The position numbers were made by a program, and so were the translations under genes. A DNA stretch of 64,000 nucleotides from Spirochaetia bacterium (GTDB taxonomy: Bacteria; Oederibacteriota; PGYV01; Palsa-1178): the NCBI GenBank assembly GCA_021372235.1, contig JAJFUW010000146.1:322-64321 (forward strand). The letters are read 5' to 3'. Under the pieces are notes generated by a model that saw only the letters and a program-made list of their open reading frames with translations, did not search any database and was not told where the DNA came from. This document shows positions 57,699 to 64,000 of this stretch, in pieces. Each line of letters starts with the position of its first letter. Within the stretch, counting starts at the first letter, position 1.

Positions 57699-58847
57699 AT
57701 GAAAAGCGTAGTGATCCTCGGCTCCACAGGCTCCATAGGAAAGTCCGCACTTGACCTTTTTACCAACGGCCCGCTGAAAGACTGCAGGGTATTGGCGCTT
57801 TCCGCCAACGAGAACGCGCAGGAACTGGCCGCGCAGGTGAAAAAATTCAGGCCAAAATACGCCGTGATAGGGAACCCGGAAAAGGCCGGAGTCATAAAAA
57901 AGGCGTCCCGCTCCACAAAGGTGCTCGCCGGGACCGAAGGGCTCATCAAAATAGCGGCTCTAAAAGAAGCCGACATTATACTTCTGGCGGTTGTCGGGGC
58001 CGTAGGGATACTGCCGCTATTGTCCGCGGTGCGTGCCGGCAAAAAAATAGCCATGGCAAACAAAGAGGCGCTGGTAATGGCGGGCTCGATAGTGATGAAG
58101 GCGGCGCAAAAATACGGCGCGCGCATCATACCGGTGGATTCCGAACATTCGGCAATATTCCAGGCGTTGCAGGGCAACAGGCCGCAGGATGTCAAACGGC
58201 TCATCATAACGGCGTCGGGCGGGCCGTTCAAGGACATGGAGCCGTCGCAGTTAAAGTCCATAACCCCGGCGCAGGCATTGCGGCACCCGACGTGGAAAAT
58301 GGGCAAAAAAATAACCATAGACTCCTCGACGCTCATGAACAAGGGGCTCGAGGTGATAGAGGCGCATCACCTGTTCGGCCTGCCTTTTGAAAAAATAGAG
58401 GTGGTCATCCATCCGCAGTCGGTGATACATTCCATGGTGGAATACATCGACGGTTCTATCATAGCCCAGATGTCGCACCCGGACATGAGGCTGCCGATTC
58501 TCTATGCGCTGACATACCCGGAGCGCAGGCAGGGCGTGATAAAACCCATGGCGCTGTACGATATCCAAAAACTCGAGTTCTTTAGGGTGGATTTCTCGCG
58601 TTTCCCGTGTTTCAAACTGGCGTTAAAGGCCGGTATCGCGGGCGGGACCATGCCGGCGCGCATGAACGCGGCAAACGAAACGGCCGTACGCAGTTTCCTG
58701 AACAACAGGATAAAATATAACGACATACCATATTACGTCAGGCGCGCGATGCAAAAGCACGTGAATGTAAAAAATCCGGACCTGCAGGCCATACTAAAGG
58801 CGGACCTTGCGGCGCGCGCGGACACGGAGGCAATGATAGATGCTTGA
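57699..58847 (+). CDS. dxr: 1-deoxy-D-xylulose 5-phosphate reductoisomerase
   Basis: ILGSTGSIGKSALDL, MANKEALVMAG, PVDSEHSAIFQAL, GGPF. Confidence 0.95.
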   Translation: MKSVVILGSTGSIGKSALDLFTNGPLKDCRVLALSANENAQELAAQVKKFRPKYAVIGNPEKAGVIKKASRSTKVLAGTEGLIKIAALKEADIILLAVVGAVGILPLLSAVRAGKKIAMANKEALVMAGSIVMKAAQKYGARIIPVDSEHSAIFQALQGNRPQDVKRLIITASGGPFKDMEPSQLKSITPAQALRHPTWKMGKKITIDSSTLMNKGLEVIEAHHLFGLPFEKIEVVIHPQSVIHSMVEYIDGSIIAQMSHPDMRLPILYALTYPERRQGVIKPMALYDIQKLEFFRVDFSRFPCFKLALKAGIAGGTMPARMNAANETAVRSFLNNRIKYNDIPYYVRRAMQKHVNVKNPDLQAILKADLAARADTEAMIDA

Positions 58848-60189
58848 GATAATTTACATAGTTGTAACGATAGGACTGACCATATTTGTGCACGAACTGG
58901 GCCATTTTCTGACGGCAAAAAGACTCGGGATAACCGTGGAGAAATTCGCCATAGGCTGGGGACCCACGCTGTGGTCGTTTAAAAAAAACGGGACCGAGTA
59001 TATCATTGCCCTGTTTTTTTTCCTCGGAGGTTACGTCAAGATGGCCGGCGAGAACCCGGCTGAGGCATCCGCGGCACCGGTGGAAGGCGGGTTCCTGCAG
59101 CAGCCGATCTGGAAAAAAATCGCCATATCTGTTGCGGGCGTCACCATGAACGCGGTATTTGCCGTGTTCCTCATGTGGGTCGTATATCTGGCGGGCACGG
59201 AGACATTAAAACCCGTCATAGACGAGGTCAAGGAAGGGTACCCCGCGTATGCGGCCGGGATGCAGAGAGGCGACACGATAACAGAGGTGAACGGCACGAA
59301 GATCAGGTACTGGAACGAGATAAGCGAGCGGGTCGCGGAGTCAAAAGGGGAGATATCCGTCAGGGCATTGCGCGGCGGAAAGGAAATCGCTTTCACCATA
59401 ATCCCGAAGACCGAGGAGTATGAGGACCTGCTGAAGGAAAAAAAGACAAAACCCGTCATAGGCATATCGCCGCTGGCATACATACCGGTTGTGGAAGAAC
59501 TGAAAAAAGGTTATCCGGCCGAGGCTGCGGGTATGAAAAAAGGGGACAGGATAATTTCCATAGACGGCAAAAAGATACAATACTGGGAAGATGTCACGGC
59601 CGCGGTCAACGCCTCAAAAGGCTCTGAGATTACGGTTGAACTGGAATCGCAGAACGGCGATTTTGGGGCCGTAACACGGAAGATAAAATTGAGCCCAAAA
59701 AAAGAAGTGACACAGGACAGGGATAAAAAAAACACGGAGTCCTATCTGCTGGGCATAATACCGGCCGGCAGCGTCGTAAAAGAAACATACGGACCGCTCA
59801 AGTCGCTCGAAAAAGGCGCGGCACAGTGTTGGTACTTCACCGAGTTGACCGTGAAATCAGTCGGCAAGATGATCACCCGCAAGATAGAGCCTGACGTGGC
59901 GGGCCCCATAGGCGTGGCGCAGATAGCCTACAAAGTAGCCAAAACAGGAATCGTGAACCTGTTGCTTTTAATAGCCATAATAAACATAAACCTCGCTATT
60001 TTTAACCTGCTCCCGCTGGTCCCTTTTGACGGAGGTCTGATACTCATGTTCCTGATAGAGGGCGTAACCGGCAGGATGGTGCCGCTCAAGGTGCAGGAAG
60101 TCATGATGGAAATAGGATGGTTTTTGGTCATGGCACTCATTGTATTTGTTACTTACAGCGATATAATGAGGATTATCAGCGGCGGATAG
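58840..60189 (+). CDS. rseP: RIP metalloprotease RseP (site-2 protease, two PDZ domains)
   Basis: HELGHF zinc motif in TM1, two PDZ-like segments (GYPAYAAGMQRGDTITEVNG; GYPAEAAGMKKGDRIISIDG), C-terminal LPLVPFDGG. Confidence 0.9.
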   Translation: MLEIIYIVVTIGLTIFVHELGHFLTAKRLGITVEKFAIGWGPTLWSFKKNGTEYIIALFFFLGGYVKMAGENPAEASAAPVEGGFLQQPIWKKIAISVAGVTMNAVFAVFLMWVVYLAGTETLKPVIDEVKEGYPAYAAGMQRGDTITEVNGTKIRYWNEISERVAESKGEISVRALRGGKEIAFTIIPKTEEYEDLLKEKKTKPVIGISPLAYIPVVEELKKGYPAEAAGMKKGDRIISIDGKKIQYWEDVTAAVNASKGSEITVELESQNGDFGAVTRKIKLSPKKEVTQDRDKKNTESYLLGIIPAGSVVKETYGPLKSLEKGAAQCWYFTELTVKSVGKMITRKIEPDVAGPIGVAQIAYKVAKTGIVNLLLLIAIININLAIFNLLPLVPFDGGLILMFLIEGVTGRMVPLKVQEVMMEIGWFLVMALIVFVTYSDIMRIISGG

Positions 60190-60192
60190 CAA

Positions 60193-60260
60193 CAGGGAAC
60201 GAGCCGGAGCCGGAAGCCGGGAGGAAAACCGGGACCGGCTCCGTTGTTGCTTTACTTTTG
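60193..60260 (+). repeat. 3-prime GGAGCCGG heptad repeat element, copy B, with partial hairpin
   Basis: agggaacgagccggagccggaagccgggaggaaaa begins 4 nt after the rseP stop. ~85% identical to copy A (28355-28395). Followed by ccgggaccggctccgttgttgct, which partially pairs back. Confidence 0.5.
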
Positions 60261-60284
60261 GCTTAAATATTCCAAGAGGTATTT

Positions 60285-61352
60285 ATGACAACACGCAAGG
60301 TACGCATCGGCAGCATGGAGATTGGAGGCGGAAACCCCGTTGCCGTCCAGTCCATGTGCAGTACGAAAACAAAGGATGTAAAAAAAACGGTTGCCCAGAT
60401 AAGGCGGCTCCAGGAAGCCGGCTGTGAGATTATACGCTGCGGCATCCCGGACATGGAATCGGCCGCTGCGCTTTCAAAGATAAAAAAGGACATAAAGATA
60501 CCCCTGGTCGCCGATATTCATTATGACTATAAACTGGCGCTTGCGGCCATAGAGCACGGCGCGGACAAGATACGCATAAACCCGGGAAACATAGGTTCGG
60601 TTGAAAAGTTGGAAGCCGTGATAAAGGCCGCAAAAAAAGCAGGTATCGCCATCAGGGTCGGGGTTAACTCCGGTTCGCTGAAGGAAAACGCGGCATTTAA
60701 ACTGACACACCGTTCCGGCAACGGCAGGGCCGACCGTATGGTCGCTTCGCTGATGGAGTCCCTGGGATTTTTTGAAAAGAACGGCTTCCGGGACATTGTA
60801 ATATCACTGAAATCCTCCGACATTATTACCACCATAGACGCGTATAAACTCGCGGCAAAATACACGGACTGCCCCATGCACATCGGTATAACAGAGGCGG
60901 GAACGGAGCTGGGAGGCATCATAAAATCCTCCATCGGGCTCGGGGTTCTGCTTTACTCGGGCCTCGGCGACACGCTGCGCGTCTCGCTCACCGCGGAACC
61001 GGAAAAAGAGGTCTATGCGGCCTACCGCATCCTGGGAGCCCTGAACCTGCGCCGGCGCGGCGTCGAGATAATATCGTGCCCGACATGCGCGCGCACGGAG
61101 ATAGACGTCATAAAACTGGCCCACAGGGTCGAAGAGATGACGATGAACGTGGATAAAAGTCTGAAAATAGCTGTCATGGGATGCTCGGTCAACGGGCCCG
61201 GCGAAGCAAGGGAGGCCGACATAGGCGTGGCCGGAGGCCGCGGCATAGGGTTGATTTTCAAAAAAGGAATCATAATAAAAAGGGTGCCGAAAAATGACCT
61301 GTTGAAAGTTTTCGGAAGCGAGCTCAATAAATTGCTGAAAAGCCGGGATTAA
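60285..61352 (+). CDS. ispG: 4-hydroxy-3-methylbut-2-enyl diphosphate synthase
   Basis: VRIGSMEIGGGNPVAVQSM, RINPGNIG, the three Fe-S cysteines in SCPTCARTE...MGCSVNGPGEA. Confidence 0.95.
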   Translation: MTTRKVRIGSMEIGGGNPVAVQSMCSTKTKDVKKTVAQIRRLQEAGCEIIRCGIPDMESAAALSKIKKDIKIPLVADIHYDYKLALAAIEHGADKIRINPGNIGSVEKLEAVIKAAKKAGIAIRVGVNSGSLKENAAFKLTHRSGNGRADRMVASLMESLGFFEKNGFRDIVISLKSSDIITTIDAYKLAAKYTDCPMHIGITEAGTELGGIIKSSIGLGVLLYSGLGDTLRVSLTAEPEKEVYAAYRILGALNLRRRGVEIISCPTCARTEIDVIKLAHRVEEMTMNVDKSLKIAVMGCSVNGPGEAREADIGVAGGRGIGLIFKKGIIIKRVPKNDLLKVFGSELNKLLKSRD

Positions 61353-61634
61353 ATGGACGATAAAACAAAGGCCGTACTGCTGCGTTGCGCGAGGGTTTAT
61401 ATAAGCACGAAAAACTGGCAAAAGGCCCTTGTGGAATACCGGTCGCTTTACGCGGATTTCCCTGACGACCCTCTAATAACGGAGCCGCTGGCAAGGTGCT
61501 ACCTGGAGACAGGGAACCTGTTCAAGGCCAGGGAAATGTATGACAGAGTAGCGGCGGAATACACGGCAAAGGGCGACACGATAAAGGCAGACAGGGTAAA
61601 GGCGGACATAGCAAAGTATTTCCCTAATGTATAA
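61353..61634 (+). CDS. small TPR-like helical protein, hypothetical
   Basis: ATG overlaps the ispG stop (taaATGg). Helix-turn-helix TPR-like pairs (WQKALVEYRSLYADFPDD / LFKAREMYDRVAAEY). Confidence 0.5.
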   Translation: MDDKTKAVLLRCARVYISTKNWQKALVEYRSLYADFPDDPLITEPLARCYLETGNLFKAREMYDRVAAEYTAKGDTIKADRVKADIAKYFPNV

Positions 61635-61637
61635 AGT

Positions 61638-61672
61638 GGCGCGGGCATATTGCGGCCCGCGCTATTTTATAC
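61638..61672 (+). terminator. rho-independent terminator
   Basis: ggcgcgggc-atattgc-ggcccgcgc then tattttat. Confidence 0.55.
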
Positions 61673-61747
61673 AAATTAAAAATATAAGTTAAAGGCAGAA
61701 TCTATTAAGGACAAAAATGCCGTTCCGGCAAATACAGGAGAATCTAT

Positions 61748-63493
61748 ATGAGATGGAAGAACGCGCTTATCAACACCATAAGGGAAACCCCGAAAGAGGC
61801 CGAGACGGTCTCGCATAAATATATGCTGCGCGCGGCCATGATAAAAAAACTGGGAGCCGGCATATACGACCTGCTTCCGCTGGGGTTGAGGTCCGTGTCA
61901 AAGGTCATGAACATCATCAGACAGGAGATGAACTCATCAGGGGCGCAGGAAGTGATGTTGCCCGTGTTATCCCCGGCGGAGTTGTGGCAGGAGACCGGGC
62001 GCTGGGCTGTGTACGGCAGGGAGATGATGAGGATAACTGACAGGCACGATAATCAGTTCGCACTGGGGCCGACCCACGAGGAGGTCATCACGGACCTCGT
62101 GCGCAGGGAGATAAATTCCTATAAACAACTGCCCGTGAATCTCTACCAGATACAGGTAAAGTTCCGCGACGAGATCAGGCCGCGTTTCGGCGTGATGCGC
62201 GCCCGCGAATTCATAATGAAGGACGCCTATTCATTTGACCGCGACGAAAAGGCGGCGATGGAAAGTTATAAGATAATGTTTGACACTTATAACAGGATAT
62301 GCAAAAGGATAGGGTTCAAATACCGTCCTGTCGAGGCGGATTCCGGAGCCATAGGCGGGAACATGTCGGCCGAGTTCATGGTTCTGGCCGAGACCGGAGA
62401 GGACACCATAATCTACTGTGAAAATGAAAAATGCGGCTATGCCGCGAACATGGAAAAGGCCGTATTTGCAAAACCTGAACCGCAAACCGCGGCGGAAGAA
62501 CCGCTCACAAAGGTACACACGCCAAATATAAAAACGGTCGGGGAACTGGCGGCATTTTTGGGGAAGAAACCGGAAGAGACGGCCAAGACCATTCTCTACA
62601 TAGTCGATGAAAAAAAGATGGCGGGCGCGGTTATGCGCGGCGACAGGGAGATAAACGAGGTCAAGTTAAAGAACGTCCTGGGAGCCAATGAGATAAGGCT
62701 CGCAACGCCAGAGGAGATACTGGAAAAAACAGGGGCGCCCGTCGGTTTTGCCGGGCCGATAAACCTGCGTGAAAAGGGCATCCGGCTGGCCATTGATGAT
62801 ACAGTGGCCGGGTTAAAGAACACGGTCACGGGCGGCAACGAGCAGGATTACCATTATACCGGGGTCAACCGCGGCAGGGATTACCAGGAAAACCTTGCGG
62901 CTGATTTTGCAAAGGCGCAAAAGGGCGACAGGTGCGCCAAATGCGGCGGCATACTGAACGAGCAGAAGGGCATAGAGGTGGGGCATGTTTTTTATCTCGG
63001 AACAAAATATTCCAAATCCATGAAGGCAACTTACCTCGACGAGACGGGAAAATCTCAGCTGATGGTGATGGGGTGCTACGGAATAGGGGTAACGCGCGTC
63101 GTGGCCGCGGCCATAGAGCAGAACAACGACGAGAACGGCATTATCTGGCCCATGGCAATTGCGCCCTACGAAGTGGCCGTGGTGCCGGTTAACGTGAAAT
63201 ACGCCGAGGGAATGGAATATGCGGAGAAACTATACACGGATTTAAAAGCCGCCGGCGTTGACGTCATCATAGACGACCGCGACATATCACCCGGGGTGAA
63301 ATTCAAGGACGCGGACCTGATAGGGTTCCCCCTGCGCGTGGTGGTGGGGGAAAAGAACTTCAAGGACGGCAAGGTGGAGGTAAAGCTCCGCAGGGAAAAG
63401 AATTTCGAACTGGCGGACAAAGACGCGGTTTTTGGCATGGTGGCGGAGACCGTCAGGAGGGAAAAAACGGTTGACACGGGCGCTCTACGGTGA
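61748..63493 (+). CDS. proS: proline--tRNA ligase (bacterial type)
   Basis: Class II motifs (FRDEIRPRFGVMRAREFIMKDAYSF; GCYGIGVTRVVAAAIE), C-terminal anticodon-binding domain. 581 aa. Confidence 0.95.
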   Translation: MRWKNALINTIRETPKEAETVSHKYMLRAAMIKKLGAGIYDLLPLGLRSVSKVMNIIRQEMNSSGAQEVMLPVLSPAELWQETGRWAVYGREMMRITDRHDNQFALGPTHEEVITDLVRREINSYKQLPVNLYQIQVKFRDEIRPRFGVMRAREFIMKDAYSFDRDEKAAMESYKIMFDTYNRICKRIGFKYRPVEADSGAIGGNMSAEFMVLAETGEDTIIYCENEKCGYAANMEKAVFAKPEPQTAAEEPLTKVHTPNIKTVGELAAFLGKKPEETAKTILYIVDEKKMAGAVMRGDREINEVKLKNVLGANEIRLATPEEILEKTGAPVGFAGPINLREKGIRLAIDDTVAGLKNTVTGGNEQDYHYTGVNRGRDYQENLAADFAKAQKGDRCAKCGGILNEQKGIEVGHVFYLGTKYSKSMKATYLDETGKSQLMVMGCYGIGVTRVVAAAIEQNNDENGIIWPMAIAPYEVAVVPVNVKYAEGMEYAEKLYTDLKAAGVDVIIDDRDISPGVKFKDADLIGFPLRVVVGEKNFKDGKVEVKLRREKNFELADKDAVFGMVAETVRREKTVDTGALR

Positions 63494-63557
63494 TAATATT
63501 TTACACACGTTGTAGAATTCGTTCTACAAGATTTTTAAATTTTTTGGAGGCAGTCGT

Positions 63558-63758
63558 ATGGCAAAAGGAAAAGTGAAATGGTTCAATGACAAGAAAGGGT
63601 ACGGTTTTATCGAACAGGAAGGCGGAAAAGACGTATTTGTCCACTACCAGGCTATCCAGGGTGACGGCTTCAAGACCCTAAAAGAGGGCGAAGAGGTCAA
63701 CTTTGACGTAGTTGAGGGCGCAAAAGGACCGCAGGCAGCCAACGTAACCAAAGCTTAA
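63558..63758 (+). CDS. cspA: cold-shock protein (CspA family)
   Basis: [15 protein letters not shown] (RNP1) and VFVHYQAI (RNP2). Confidence 0.9.
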   Translation: MAKGKVKWFNDKKGYGFIEQEGGKDVFVHYQAIQGDGFKTLKEGEEVNFDVVEGAKGPQAANVTKA

Positions 63759-63776
63759 TCTGATAACAACACTCAC

Positions 63777-63810
63777 AACCGGCGGGCTTTAAGCCCGCCG
63801 GTTTCATTTT
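63777..63810 (+). terminator. rho-independent terminator
   Basis: aaccggcgggc-ttta-agcccgccggtt then tcatttt. Confidence 0.7.
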
Positions 63811-64000
63811 GAGGGTATGTGAAAAGTATAAAAGAGATGAGAGTAAAGCAAAAGTACAAAATCGGGGTTCTACTTTTGTTTCTTGTCTTTTGTCTCCGCT
63901 GTTCAACGGAAAACAACCGCAAAAATCCTTTTATAATACAACACAAAAACCAAATCATTAACCGCACTTATTAACTGGAGTTTCTCCAGTTTTTTCGGGG

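Noticed and set aside
57674-58342. 222-aa minus-strand ORF
   Set aside because: Antisense to dxr.

Overview
This 64 kb window comes from a moderate-GC (roughly 50-55%) diderm bacterium, probably an uncultivated lineage. Supporting gene content: TolC/RND efflux, several outer-membrane beta-barrel families, type IV pilin-like genes and a T9SS-type C-terminal sorting domain. I support about 54 protein-coding genes, almost all on the + strand after ~6.7 kb. I recognised no rRNA, tRNA, CRISPR array or transposase.

Layout, left to right:
- **1-6571 (minus strand):** a run of prepilin-type (class III signal peptide) proteins, namely a partial PilX-like protein, a 219-aa pseudopilin and an 874-aa giant minor pilin. 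Directly upstream sit two tandem, divergent Lgt-family paralogs with a Cys-rich motif; the second carries a frameshift.
- **6655-14786:** a direct duplication of promoter plus secreted N-terminal domain brackets a strongly AT-rich ~5.2 kb gene. That gene encodes a ~1720-aa secreted protein with CBM3-like, malectin-like, W-rich propeller, delta-60 and a second propeller module. The full-length paralog that follows ends in a Por_Secre_tail-like CTD.
- **14865-17351:** a secreted coiled-coil protein, a THUMP-less ThiI-like PP-loop ATPase and a YacP-like NYN nuclease.
- **17546-24081:** a MarR, outer-membrane protein, TolC, membrane-fusion protein and RND efflux operon.
- **24282-30593:** queH, divergent from an Rrf2 regulator gene, then the metY, cysK, metX, metW cluster.
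- **30872-39970:** outer-membrane proteins, HU, a PorV/FadL-like + FlgD-Ig + OmpA fusion protein, a TPR/coiled-coil protein, uvrB and a DEAD-box helicase.
- **40068-44908:** a DNRLRE-type lipoprotein followed by three tandem paralogous outer-membrane beta-barrel genes.
- **45012-52691:** an HTH-less LacI-type binding-domain protein, small genes, an orphan MNT antitoxin, uvrC, a four-helix-bundle pseudogene with an in-frame TAA, and a histidine kinase / sigma54-type response regulator pair.
- **53085-63758:** the conserved housekeeping block rpsB-tsf-pyrH-frr-uppS-cdsA-dxr-rseP-ispG-(TPR)-proS-cspA.

A recurring family of GGAG-heptad repeat/hairpin elements sits just after stop codons at eight or more loci. 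One copy is embedded in-frame in a CDS.

The most unusual candidates for new biology are (i) the Lgt-like pair upstream of the pilin genes, (ii) the foreign-looking giant carbohydrate-binding gene inside a duplicated locus, and (iii) the GGAG-heptad element family.
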